From NCBI RefSeq assembly GCF_006345805.1, contig NC_043001.1, forward strand, positions 44,516,001 to 44,580,000: a DNA stretch of 64,000 nt. The letters run 5' to 3'. Each line of letters starts with the position of its first letter. The stretch's first letter is position 1. Below, piece after piece: positions 11,294 through 24,440 of this stretch. The position numbers and the translations under genes were made by a program. The notes under the pieces were generated by a model. It saw only the letters and a program-made list of their open reading frames with translations. It was not told where the DNA came from and did no database searches. This stretch comes from Octopus sinensis (Eukaryota).

Positions 11294-11959
11294 TTGTCTA
11301 TCTGTACACTCTTATTTAAGTGTGCAAGCATGGATGTTATTACACAAGTAGAATTATATGCTTCGGGTCGTTATATAGAAGCATACATATGTTTGTATTT
11401 CTGTGCATGTGTATGTACGCTTAATACATACTAAATTCTAAAATGTTTTACATATTTTCAGTTCTATTAATTGTCTTGAAGTTGTTTTTCTCGGTTCTTC
11501 ACCAATGTTCTTGATACTATCGTCATATTCGGCCATATTGTTCGTAATAAATTCCTGCATGGTAAATTCAAGTTTCAGTCGAATACCACTGCAATCTGGA
11601 ATAAAAGCAGTCATTTAATGAATGTGATAAAAAAAAAATAACCAGTTATTTTTTAACAAGGCTGGTACTAGTCACATTTACGTTGCAGATAGAAGTCATC
11701 GGAAATTCAATTATTAGTGTCCCACGCCAAATATGCAGCTGCTCTCAAAAATATCTACGTATAGATAGATGTATTGGTGGATGTATGGATGGATGTGCGA
11801 ATGAATGGATGGATGGATGGATGAATCAACGGACGGATAGATGGATGGGTGAGTGTATGGATGGATGGATGCGTATGTGCGTATGTATGTTTGTATGTAT
11901 GTACATGTGTGCGTACGTATGTAAGTTCGTACGTATCTACGTATGTTCTTTCTCATTTG

Positions 11960-14080
11960 AATTTTAGAATAAATTTTGACCTGTGACATGCTTGGTAGCA
12001 AGGTTATTAAGGAAAGTGTCTTAAGAAAGTCTTGCACGTTTTTATAGTTCCAGATATTGTGATCTTTTATAGCATATGAATTAAGGATTTCCATTCCCTC
12101 CCGAAAATCCCAAGTTTATGCATGCATGTATGTATGTATGTATGTATGTATGTATGTATGTATGTAGTATGTATGTATGTATGTAATATAAATAATATAT
12201 AAATACATGCATATGTACATACCTACATATATATGTATATATACATGCATATATGGGTACAGGAAATAAAAAAAACGTTGAACACAATGAGAAACGAAAA
12301 CATAAAAACAAAAGCAAAGAAACGAACTTTTTTTTGGACAACGAAAAAAAACAAACAGAGAAACGAGACATGCAACATAAAGAATATTCCCCTTCTTTAG
12401 TTGTCCCTATTTCTACTACTCAGTGTTCCGAAGGCAAGGACAATACACAACTTCGTTGAAACAATCCTTCCCGCAAAGCAAATTAAATAAAATGCATGTA
12501 TGTATGTGTTATGGGAGAATCCTGAACACCCCCACGTGATTGAATGTGGACTAACCAATTACAATAGATAAGAACTGAGTGGACAATCAGGGATGGGTAG
12601 TTGACAGTGTTAATTCGACCGTGTTGGTTAATCGTGTTAGTTCGACGTATGTTGGTTTAACAGTCGGTAGTTGGACAGTAAATACTGAGTATCATGCCTA
12701 CGTTCGAGTAATGCGGAGTTCGTTCTGTGTTAATATCTGCGTTAAGTTATTTTTAGATAACCACAGCCAACTATTTGTGTTATACCATTTCACACCAGAC
12801 GTGTATACCCACGTCATAACAGAATGTATGTATGTATGTATGTATGTATGTATGTATGTATGTATGTATGTATGTATGTATGTATGTATGTATGTATGTA
12901 TGTATGTATGTATGGTCTCTTTTGTTTCATTCAAATTCTTCTTTTGAAGAAGGAACTGGTTTCTAACATCATTGAGATGTAGATAACGAAAGCAATATCA
13001 CATTTTAAACTTGAGAAAAGTCTTTCATATTTTTACTCTTTCACTTACAGATTATATTCGTAATGTGCGAATTAGTTTTCGTTTCTAGATTGTCACTGAG
13101 GCATTTGCTCACAAAACCAAGTTCACCAATTATTATTATTAGTAGTATAATTGTGAAGTTATAATCTGAACACTGCAGCGGAGGTTTCGAAGCAGTGATT
13201 CATAGTCATCCCTTTTCTCTTTGATTTTCAAAGAGATATTCGCGCCAGAACAACTGACAGCTTTGACTTTATCTTGTATTCCTTGTGTTGTTGTTTGTGT
13301 ATCTATTCGATAATAGATTCTCTGCATTTATTCCAGGATAATATTTTTTTGCGAATTACATTGTATATTTGCTTTTGCGACTATGTCATGGCACATAGGG
13401 ATAATATTTTGGGGCAGGTGTTAATCAACATGTGTGATGCCTTCCACAAAAATATGACAATCTCTGAGGGCCATATTTTCTCATCCATATTCTTTTTTAT
13501 TCTTATTACAAGTTCCATCATAGGCTATATCTTTATCCATTCTTAAATACTCATCGTCAAAGATATAGTCCGGCCATTTTATAGACATGTTACTAGACGG
13601 GCATGTATTTCTTGATCGTTTTACAATCATGTATGTATGTGTGTATGTCATTTCCTTCTTTATATTTATTAGTATGCTCTCGAGAAGGAGTGAGCTGATT
13701 TCTCACAAAGAAACAAAAGTTCCGTCATTGGAGCTTGGATAACAATTGCGACAATCATTACAAGTCAAACTTTAAGAAAGTCTTGCACATTTTTACTATT
13801 CTTCTCACAGACTGTATTTGTGAAGTTTGTGCTGGCTGAATTCTCTCGTTGCTTGAAAATCCTAGTTTCTTCAGGAGGTTTAAGTATTTACTAACATAAC
13901 CGAATACAACAATGATTATTGGTATGATTGAAATTTTCTAATCAAGGTTGAGGTGCTGCCGGTTTATCAACAGTTGTCAATAGATATTCTCCTTCTCGCT
14001 AATTTTGGAAGAGTTGTTTTTCATTTGCAGAGCAGCTAATCACAATAACCGTACATAACTTTTCTTTGCTATCACAAATA
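11960..14080 (-). mobile_element. Fragmented R4/Dong-like LINE 3' region interrupted by microsatellites and other repeats
   Basis: 11990-12120 matches the LINE C-terminus at 51370-51480; ~13400-13480 minus strand resembles a degenerate CCHC knuckle (DCHIFVEGITH). Confidence 0.5.
12250..12492 (-). mobile_element. Short microsatellite-embedded repeat (related copies 47545-47682, 52990-53065), possibly PLE-terminal
   Basis: Shared ATGGG(T/C)ACAGGA..AA(T/A)CGAAAAC start; the 47.6 kb copy has CTGATGAAGGG on the minus strand. Confidence 0.5.
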
Positions 14081-14132
14081 ACTATCAGGTATGTTAAGTT
14101 TACACTTGGCAGAAAGATAGGGAGATAATAAG

Positions 14133-14462
<330 letters not shown>

Positions 14463-16271
14463 ATAAATTGCGGTATTCAAATCAACTTTTTAGACCTAGA
14501 AAATATCTCTGAAACAAGGCGTCGGGAATAAAATATGAATCTTTACTTCCGAGGGAAAAAGAAATGGAGAAAAGCCCCAGACAGTTGCTTGCTCCCCACT
14601 TTATTTCGAATTAAAGCGTGAGTTCAGTAGCCATATTTAATATAATTAACAGATAGGTTATTGGTGATGTAATATAATAACAATAATCCAGTTTATTGAA
14701 GCATAAAAGTACGCTCTGTTTCCAACAGTTCATATATCGACTGTAAATACTGGCGGGAACACAACTGAAGCCAAACAACCAAATCAGACAATAACAATAT
14801 GCGTGTTATCTGAGCAATTTCAAGATACAATAATGAATTCACATGAAAATTCGTTGCATTTATGATTAATGTGTGTCACGGAAAGTAATATTTACATTTA
14901 GTTAATGAGTAAGACTTGTATGTTTTGTATGTGACTGCTGTATCGCAATTTCTTAACTATATAGAAAGATAACGTATATCATACACTACAAGACTAATGA
15001 CAATTTAATGATAAAGAAGAGCAGTTTATTGAGTATAGATGCACCGAATCTATTATATGATACAGCTCTTAAATAAACGTTGCTTAAAAGATATTTTATT
15101 GATAATTAAAACTTTAGATATGATACTGTCATTTTAAAACCTTAAATCATAAATATTTTCTCAAGTTTAATTATGCTTAAAAGTTACATTTTATTGATAA
15201 TAAAAACATTTATGATTAAATTTTGAAATTTTTCAAAACCTCGATGTAAATTACTGTTCGTTATCTGATGTAGAAAAAAAATCGATTTACAGAAATGAAT
15301 AGCTGGATGTTAAAACTTCTTTGGAAACTTAGTTGCACTCCTCTTCATCGCTTTCTTGCTACAACAAACTGTCTTGTTCTCTATTTCGTTGCATTTGAAA
15401 TACGTCGATTTATTTTCACTGGCGGAACCCTTGAATATTTCACGAAATTAATGGTAAACTTATTGGGTTATTTCTGAAAATTTTATCCAAAATACCTGAA
15501 AGCGTAGCCTGTGTTGTGTCTGTGCCTGCTAATTATTGAAAAGTGAAGGAAATTGGAATACGATGATTACTTAGTGCACTTATATATACATTTTATATAC
15601 TTTATGCCCAATTTTATAGACCTAATACACAGCACTCTCCCTCTTTCTTGCTCACTCTTCGCGTTACGCTCATTTCCTCTCTCCTTTTTCTTTCGCTCTT
15701 CGCTTCTCCGTGCAACTACTCATGTGAAAGCGTTACAGACGGGCTAAGTAACAGAGAAAAAGAACTTAATTTTTAAAAAAACTACGTATTTCACTCACCA
15801 CCCATCTCCCTCCCCTCCTATCCCCTTCCCCTCCCCACTTTTCTTCTCTCTCCTTTCCATCCCATCCCGTCTCCTCCCACCTCTCTCCCTCTCCCCTCTC
15901 CCCTCCCTTCCCTCCCCGTTCTCCCTCCTTCAACCAACCACGTGGAAGCGTTGCGAACGGGCTAAGTAACGGAGGAACAAGCAGAATTATAATAGAATTA
16001 TTTTTCCATGTTCGTAGTTCCAAGGCTTTATCATAAAATCTCACAACATATCTAGGGTCCAACACCCTCATTACCGCCTTTGGAAATAACAATTTTCTAT
16101 CAACCATATATTTGTTCCATTCCAAACAAATATTGTCTCCAAAATACTTATATAAGCTTACATCGAGGCTTACATGAGGCGGAAGCAAAGACTTTGAACA
16201 TCCTCCAATTATTGTACTTATACTATTGTTTTGTTCGAATTGCTTATTGATATTATTTACTGGGCGGAAAG

Positions 16272-16430
16272 CCGGCGAGCTGGCAGAATCGTTACCACGC
16301 GGGCAAAATGCTTAGCGGCATTTAGTTCGTCTTTATGTTTTGAGTTCAAATTCCACCGAGGTCAACATTATCTTTTATCCTTCCGGGGTCGATAAAATAA
16401 TTGAACACTGTGGTCGATATAATCAACTTA
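16272..16430 (+). mobile_element. Degenerate SINE family A (other old copies ~23160-23270 minus, ~32095-32250 plus)
   Basis: GGCGAGCTGGCAGAATCGTT..GAGTTCAAATTCCACCGAGGTC..ATCCTTCCGGGGTCGATAAA. Confidence 0.75.
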
Positions 16431-16539
16431 GATCCTGTTTGGCATTGTTTTCCGTTTAAGTTGAGTAAGTGGCCGTAGCAATCCAGGTTCGAATTATGGT
16501 CATGGCAGTCCGATTTATTTTGTTTATAGGTTCAGATGT

Positions 16540-16921
16540 TATGGCTGAGTGGTTCAGAAGTTCACTTTGCAACCATGCCATTTCAGGTTTAATCCCATAG
16601 CGTGACACCTTAGGAAAGTGATTGCTACAATAACTCCAAGCTGATCAGTTCCTCGTTAGTGAATTTGGTAAACGGAAACTGTATAGCAGTTTTCAGGGTG
16701 CTAAAAAGTTCCTCGTTTTAGGTAAAAGAAAATACAGGAGGATCAGTTAATTACGATTTTATTCAACATATTCCCCTATCAGATTCACACACTTATTGCA
16801 GTGGTCCTTCAGTTTTTTTCAGTCCTGTAAAAGAACTTGGAAGATGGGGCCTCTAACCAGGCCTTTTGAGATACCCTTAGAATCAGGAACTTTTCAGCAT
16901 CTCCTCGTATGTGTGTGTGCG

Positions 16922-16984
<63 letters not shown>

Positions 16985-17170
16985 AAGAGCATTTATGTTT
17001 GTCAGCAACGTCCCCACCCCTTGACTACAACAGAAACCGAAAAGTAAGTACCAGATTTAAAAAGAAAAAAAAACCCAGAAAACCCCAAGCACTGTGTTCG
17101 ACTAAACCATTTCAGGGAAGTGGCCCAGAATGGCTGCAGTCTAATGACTGAAACATGTGGAAAGATAAAA
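16540..17170 (+). mobile_element. Old SINE family B copy split by a mariner-derived MITE
   Basis: Head TGGCTGAGTGGTT.. through ..GGAAACTG at 16540-16682; tail ..AATGACTGAAACA at ~17150. Confidence 0.65.
16694..16908 (-). mobile_element. Mariner-derived MITE (~215 bp)
   Basis: TIRs GGTGCTAAAAAGTTCCT / AGGAACTTTTCAGCATC; minus strand retains a transposase C-terminus (..HCNKCVNLIGEYVE*). Confidence 0.75.
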
Positions 17171-17578
17171 ATCAATTTTATTTGGTTCTTTCTGTCTCTG
17201 AAGTTGCTGAATACGAAGTTGAGATTAGTCTTTTCCTGACATCCACTTTTTCATTAGAATATTATTTTTCATTTTTACCGTTGATTTCAGTTGTTTTATT
17301 GTTAAACATGTACAAAAAAATGCTATTTCATCCATATTATCATTCTGATACTGTAGGTAGTCGTATTGCTTCCTCTAAAGATATATCTTTGGAAATTTGT
17401 AATTTCCTTTCCTTCAATGTCAGCCGAGAGATTCTGTGAATTTTGGTCTTCTGCAATAATGCCAAATCTTCCCTTTTCATAGAGTGACAGCACTTGTTGG
17501 ATTTTTATCAGGTAAAATAAAAGAAAAAAAATTTCTTTTATGAAACTTTGCTTTCATTTCAGTGTACTTTTGTCCATA

Positions 17579-17970
17579 GGCGTAGGAGTGGCTGTGTGGT
17601 AAGTAGCTTGCTTACGAACCACATAGTTCCGGGTTCAGTCTCACTGCGTGGCACCTTGGGCAAGTGTCTTCTGCTATAGCCTCGGGCCGACCAAAGCCTT
17701 GTGAGTGGATTTGGTAGACAGAAACTGAAAGAAGCCCGTCGTATATATGTATATATATGTGTATGTTTGTGTGTTGTGTTTGCCCCCCTCACCCAACATC
17801 GCTTGACAACCGATGCTGGTGTGTTTACGTCCCCGTAACTTAGCGGTTCGGCAAAAGAGATTGATAAGAATAAGTACTAGGCTTACAAAGAATAAGTCCT
17901 GGGGTCGATTTCCTGGACTAAAGGCGGTGCTCCAGCATGGCCACAGTCAAATGACTGAAACAAGTAAATG
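17579..17970 (+). mobile_element. tRNA-derived SINE family B with internal microsatellite, full length
   Basis: A box TGGCTGTGTGG, B box GGTTCAGTC, CORE-like CCTTGGGCAAGT, internal (TA)/(TG)n, tail AATGACTGAAACAAGTAAA; more than 10 related copies in the window. Confidence 0.92.
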
Positions 17971-18656
17971 AATAAATTAATGAATTCAAATCCATCAGTG
18001 TATATGCTAGTTCGGGTAAGTGTGTACCCGTTTCGTCACGTATCATTGATCCAACCTCTTCGGTAATTTTCCAATTCAAGCCACTAACAGATGTTAGTTC
18101 TTGAGCAAATTTTTTCTATGGCATCGCTATCAGAGAGAATTTATCCACTCGTTCTAATTGCGCACCAACTTTTCGTTCACTTCATTCTTCTTAGGTGCAG
18201 CGCTGTTGTTTGAAGAGGTTGCAAAAGCAGAAATTTTCAGTTTCAAAACGGTGTCCTATTTCGTTCCACCAAGGGAATAAAATATTTTCAAGGATAATAC
18301 TTAGAAACTGGATACTAAAGACAAACAGATACATCTGTAACGGACAAACAGTTTGGCAGTTAGCCACATGGTTTCAAATTTCATTTTCAAGACATACATG
18401 TGATGTTTGTCAGTTAATATGTGTGTGTGTGTGCGCACCAACCTATCTAATTTTATTTATTTTATTTACTAACTAGCATCTCCGTGTTGTCAAAAATGCC
18501 AACAGTTCTATTAAAGATAGAAAATGGTGCATCAAGACAATGAGAGAAACCATTGATAAATGTTACCAATCGAGTAAATATATGTACATACACAGAATTG
18601 AAGCACTTGAACAGATACGGCTGTAAGGTCTCGGTTGAAAATTTTACTGTCTACGT

Positions 18657-18699
<43 letters not shown>

Positions 18700-18702
<3 letters not shown>

Positions 18703-18899
18703 GGTCCCAGGTTGAGTCGGGGTTAACCACAGTAAATAAGGTACTCAATACATGGCAGAGTAAATTAATTTATTTTATAGAAGGAGCTTCTACAGGACTA
18801 GAACTGTTTCATTCAAATGAAATCATCAGGAGCTTCCTGATGATTTCATTTGAATGAAACAGTTCTAGTCCTGTAGAAGCTCCTTCTATAAAATAATAA

Positions 18900-18900
<1 letters not shown>
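18700..18900. mobile_element. Short foldback element with two inverted hammerhead cores, between (TA)n tracts
   Basis: Perfect 62-bp inverted arms 18770-18831 / 18835-18896; (TA)n at 18661-18699 and 18905-18944. Confidence 0.75.
18829..18883 (+). ncRNA. Type I hammerhead ribozyme motif
   Basis: GGAGCTTC-CTGATGA-TTTCATTTGAAT-GAAA-CAG-TTCTAGTC-CTG-TA-GAAGCTCC: 8-bp stem I, canonical core, short stem II (TTC/GAA), stem III ACAG/CTGT, GUA site at 18873-18875. Confidence 0.8.
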
Positions 18901-18944
<44 letters not shown>

Positions 18945-18946
<2 letters not shown>

Positions 18947-19444
18947 AGGGTGAGTCAAAGAGTAATGCCATGTGGATCACATCATCCCTACTTCTCGACA
19001 TAGTTACCGTTTCTCTCAATAGCAATGTTCCACCTTCGAATAAGTGCATGTATCCCTGCCCCATAAAATTCTATCGACTGCTCTTTGAGCCACTTCTTCA
19101 CTACAGTTTTCACTTCCTCGTCACTAGACTATCATCATCACTGGACTATCATCTCTTCGGCCCCGTGAAAGTGGGTTTGAGAGTCAACAATTATTCCAGT
19201 GACGAGGATGTAAAAACTGTAGTGAAGCAGTGGCTCAAAGAACAGTCAGCAAAATTTTATGGGGCAGGGATACATGCTCTCATTCGAAGGTGGAACATTG
19301 CTATTGAGAGAAACGGTAACTATGTTGAGAAGTAGGGATGTGATCCACAGAAGACCAGCTACATTTTGATGTATGATACATGTTCTTGTGTTGGTAATTA
19401 TACCTGTCCTAAACAAAATGGCATTACTATTTTACTCACCCTCG
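18945..19444. mobile_element. Palindromic non-autonomous mariner (two inverted 3' ends)
   Basis: TIRs AGGGTGAGTCAAAGAGTAATGCCAT / ATGGCATTACTATTTTACTCACCCT; DYHLFGPVK..LIRRWNIAIERNGNYVEK; 18971-19126 is the reverse complement of 19197-19349. Confidence 0.88.
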
Positions 19445-19448
19445 TGTG

Positions 19449-19538
<90 letters not shown>

Positions 19539-19557
19539 TGTGTGTGTGTGTGTGTGA

Positions 19558-19950
19558 TACAAAAAGAGACAACAAAACATCCAGATAGACGATAAAAAAA
19601 GGACGGGTCATTCGGAGTTTTCTTTCCTCAGTCGAGTTCAATATTACCTTTGCAATTTCGGCTGGTTATACTCGAGACTGCTCCAATCTGGCCAGCCCTG
19701 AGGAAAAACAAAGCTAAGAACATTACATTCCTTGAAAAAAAACGGAGAATGTTACACAAATACAAATAACAAGACATAACAACGGGTGTCTTTCGACTAA
19801 GGACGAATTAAATTAAGCTGGCGTGTGTGGAAGTTAAGCCTAACGGCAGGGATACAAGATTTCACAGGCACAGGGAATATAGATGTTGCACGGACAGCGG
19901 CCTAACCAAGAAAGGTTAGGCTTGGCCGAACATCGGTCACGTGGGGATGT
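19558..19950 (-). mobile_element. Microsatellite-embedded structured repeat; second copy at 53130-53486 (+)
   Basis: Clear similarity between the two copies (TTCGTCCTTAGTCGAAAGACACC..GCTGGCCAGATTGGAGCA.TCTCGAGTATAACC..GAACTCGACTGAGGAAAG); both abut (TG)n/(TA)n. Confidence 0.75.
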
Positions 19951-21490
19951 ATACATACACACACATACACCACACACGCATACACACACACGCACATATG
20001 TACACGCATACACTCAGACATGCGCTTATTTATATATACATCTGTGCATGTGAATGACCGACTCGAGGATCCCCAGACTAGATCTAGTTTTGCCTATGAC
20101 TGTAACCATCGTCATTGAGGACTGCTTGAACGGCCGTTGATCTGCTAATTCAACATATATGTATTTGCTATATAACTTTATGGATGATTTAGCGAAATGC
20201 TAACGCGTATACTAAAAATTAATATAAACAACCAGGTACAATGTGATTATATATAATTTATAAATGTTACCTGAACGATAATACTTTGAGAACAAAAGAG
20301 TACAATGTTTAATTTCATATTAATTTCATATTAATTTCATATATATATTAGTATGTATGTGTGTGTGCGTGTTTGTGTGTGTATGTGTGTGTGTGTGTGT
20401 GTGTGTGTTGTGTGTGTGTGTGTGTGCGTGTGTGTGTGAAATTGATAAAATAAATATAATTTACGCTAAAAATTTTCTGTTGTGTCTGGGGAGAGTCATT
20501 CTCTTTTAGTGCCTTATTATTTAACACACTCACCGGTAAAATTTCCACTTATTATTTTTTATTTTCTAAAATTTTCGTTGCGTCTTGCATCCTTTTCAAT
20601 AGTCTTAACTCTCGAAAACTTTTGTTTTGAGTAAAGTACCAACGACTTCATAGCAAAACATCTCATTAGAATTCACCTCCATTTAGCATCTCTGACTGTC
20701 ACCTACTCTCCGTTTGTTATTTTAGCCTCTCTCGTCCAATGTGACCGATTCATTGAAGTTTATTATATAAGATAAAATGAAAAACTAGAATGAGCTTTCA
20801 AATACAAAAGATAAACAGAACAACAAAGTTGAGACGAGACATTGTTATAGCAAGATAGTAGAAACGCTGTTAAATAATTTAGAAAATTATTTCATTAAGC
20901 ATTATGAGGCGAATGCAAAAAATATGCAGAACGACTCCAGCTCATGTCGAATGATTTAGAAAGTATAAATCTTATAAACTGGAACAAATTCAACAAAAAA
21001 TACGTAGAAAGACTTGTAGTGTATTATGTATATTGACTTTTCACATTAAATTCCGATATAATTGCAATCTACACCGCCTGAAAGGTATTTGTAGAAATTT
21101 TCGTGAAAAATACTTATTTTTTTCTGAAAGTTATAAGGAAAAAAGTCGACTCGTGTGAATTATCCAAAACTCCTCTCGTTGCACTTGCGAAAGATTTTTC
21201 GCAACAAATTCCGATATATTCACAATGAAACCATCTGAAAAGTATTTGTAGAAAATTTCATCAAGTAATATATCTATTTTTCTGGAAAACCTGGAGATGG
21301 CACACTTGTGCATGTATGTCCATTTCCTTTCCAACTTAATCTCTGCAGTATCTATTTATTTGTTTATTTATTTATTTATCCGTCCTGTTATTTACATATT
21401 TCTCTCATTCACTAAATTAGTTTATGGGACAGAACTCCAACACATATACATACGCACAAACATCTTGGACTTCATTTTAGAAAAAAATAT

Positions 21491-21896
21491 TACTCTCTTT
21501 CACTCTTTTACTTGTTTCAGTCATTTGACTGCGGCCATGCTGGAGCACCGCCTTTAGTCGAGCAAATCAACCCCGGGACTTATTCTTTGTAAGCCAGTAC
21601 TTATTCTATCGGTCTCTTTTGCCGAACCGCTAAGTGACGGGGACGTAAACACACCAGCATCGGTTGTCAAGCAATGCTAGGGGAACAAACACAGACACAC
21701 AAACACACACACTTATATATATATACATATATACGACAGGCTTCTTTCAGTTTCTGTCTACCAAATCCACTCACAAGGCATTGGTCGGCCCGGGGCTATA
21801 GCAGAAGACACTTGCCCAAGATGCCACGCAGTGGGACTGAACCCGGAACCATGTGGTTGGTTAGCAAGCTACTTACCACACAGCCACTCCTGCGCC
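21491..21896 (-). mobile_element. SINE family B, full length, young
   Basis: Near-identical to 52098-52487; reverse complement of the 17579 copy. Confidence 0.92.
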
Positions 21897-22199
21897 TATA
21901 TATCCCTTATTGAATAAATTTTTGATTTGAAAGCGAAAAACAACCTTATTTTCTTATTTCGAATGGTTCATTCTAAAATCTGCAAGTTCCTATCAAGGTG
22001 GTTATGAGCATGTGAGATTATAGACATCGTTAATGCCGATCTAAAGTATTTGTTCAATTCTAAACATGTGATTATTGTGAATAGTCACTATTTAAATCCC
22101 TCTCATCTCTCAATGCAATAAATGTGAAGACTGAAAATTTATATCTTGCCCTCTTTCAAAGGATAACTGGTACTCATGATCAGAACAATAAAAAGCGAA

Positions 22200-22536
22200 A
22201 AGGGTAAAGACCCCTTTCGGTCATGAATGACCATGGGATTGCACCTAGAAAGTTACCCTCCGAGGAACAAGTCCGGGAATAGTTGTTTATGGAAGACCAG
22301 CAGTCTCCCATGCATACCAGCCTCCTCTCTCCAACAATGTTGTCCAAGGTAAAGGCAAAGGCCGATACAGCTTGGCACCAGTGACATCGCAACTCATTTC
22401 TACAGCCGGTGAAAAGGAGCAACGAGAAATAAAGTGTCTTGCTCAAGAACACAACGCACTGCCCGGTATGGGAATCGAACTCACACCCTCATAATTGTGA
22501 TCCTGACGCTGTAACCACTGAGCCATGAGCTTTCAT
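22200..22536 (-). mobile_element. tRNA-derived SINE family D
   Basis: Minus-strand head TGGCTCAGTGGTT..GAGTTCGATTCCC, core GTTGTGTTCTTGAGCAAGACAC; tail shared with 24843-25146. Confidence 0.88.
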
Positions 22537-22683
22537 TCAGAATAATAATGTTGATATAATTACAGTGAGTTTTAGATTAAATTATCGATTCAATCAAGCC
22601 ATAAAATTTGTGTTTATTTTTCTAGCTAAGAGCATTCCGCTTTATTTTTGCTTTATTACGAACATATAGGAATGTTCTGTACC

Positions 22684-22891
22684 TTTTACTTGCTTCAGTC
22701 ATTAGACTCCGGCCACAAGGGGGCACCACCTCGAAGAACCTTAGTCGAACGAATCGACCCAGTACTTATTTTTATTTTATGTCTGGTGGCTTACTCTATC
22801 GGTCTGTTTTGCCGAACCGCTAAGTTACACGCACGTAAACACACCAGTTGTCAAGCGGTGGTGGGAACAAGCACAAGCACAAAAACACTCG

Positions 22892-22927
<36 letters not shown>

Positions 22928-23091
22928 TACACGAAAGGCTTCTTTCAGTTTTTGTTTACCAAATCCACTCACAAGTCTTTGGCCAGCCTGAGGCTGTAGT
23001 AGAAGACTCTTGCCTGCGGCGCCACGCAGTGGGATCGAAATAGGAAACTTGTGATTGGGAAGCAAACTTATTTCGACACAACACCTGCGCC
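22684..23091 (-). mobile_element. SINE family B, older copy
   Basis: Colinear similarity to other family B copies. Confidence 0.85.
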
Positions 23092-23323
23092 TACTTATTT
23101 TTTTTTTCTGTAGTTTCAGCTCAGAGCTGCGGCCATGCTGATGCACCGCCGTTTCAAAAACGAATTAAGTGCAGAGACGATCTCGGCAGGATACGAACTC
23201 AGAAGGTAAAGAGCAGGAAAAATGCCGCCAAGTATTTTGCCCGACACGCTAACGATTGTGCCAGCTTCCCACTTTTTCTTTTATGTTTATATTTTGTATT
23301 TTTCTACCTCATATTTTCGCTTG

Positions 23324-23360
<37 letters not shown>

Positions 23361-23644
23361 CATTATTTTATAATATGGGTATTTAATTATATTTATATAT
23401 GCACACATGTAACGGAAGTATTAAAGTATGAGTCAATGTGTGTCTTTTCTGCGCTTGTCTACGTGAGTGTCTGCCTGCCTGCATGTATGCACATGTGTGT
23501 GTGTGTATGCGTGTTTGAGTGTGTGTGTGTGTGTGTGTGTGTGTGGAAATGCATGTATATATATGTGTGTGTGTGTGAGTGTATGTGCGCGTGTTTTCTC
23601 TTTTCTCCTTCTTTTTGCTGTTTCTCCCTATCTCAATGTATTCG

Positions 23645-24440
23645 AGCTTTCTAATTAGCATAACCCATAATATTCCTAATGATTTGGGTAACGCAGCTTT
23701 TAAATTAATTGAATTTATATTATGTATCTCAGTTATGTATTTTATATTATAGTAGATGTACACGTGACCTGCTGGGTCACAACAACTCCAATTTGAAAAT
23801 GTCGACGGCAAAAAAAAAGAATTACTATTTCGAACTTCATGCAATAAAATTCTTAAATGATACTTCTCCTGCCTTTGATGTGACAACATAAATATGATCA
23901 AGTGTTTCTTCTTTGAAAACGTTCAAATGGCTTTCAACCTTTTTCCTCGCTTTCTTCTTTGCCATTCTTTGTTACTATAGTGAAATACATGGGCACTTCA
24001 GCATAAAGTAATGTTTTGCTAAGTCATTATTGATGCACAATGAAAAGAATTCTGTCAATGTTGTTCTCATATGTCGTTCATTGACAGCCATGTATATCCT
24101 CATTATATCTGAGCAATATTCTTTGTTCATCTGGTAGGTGAACTTGCACTCTCACTATTGCAGATGCTCTTTCATCAACTGAAAATCCTAAAATGGATGC
24201 AACTGCTTCGGATGTTCCAATGTACCTACCCATTAGATATTGACTAATTTCGTTATCATTGTTTATTTGAACAGCAGATTGGACATTTCCTCTCAGTGTA
24301 CTTGACGACGTACTTAATTGGGTGCTCTTAAAAGAGTTTCATTATAAGGTACAACCCATTTGTTGTTGTTTGTTTTTCCATTCTTATGAGACTCAACCCT
24401 TCCAATTGCAACTGATCTTCGTCTATAAAGAGAAAGGTCT
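23645..24440 (-). mobile_element. Helitron Rep/helicase coding remnant
   Basis: Minus-strand peptides NKWVVPYNETLL, DNEISQYLMGRYIGTSEA..ILGFSVDER..VRVQVHLPDEQRI and QEKYHLRILLHEVR are typical of Helitron RepHel. Confidence 0.8.
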
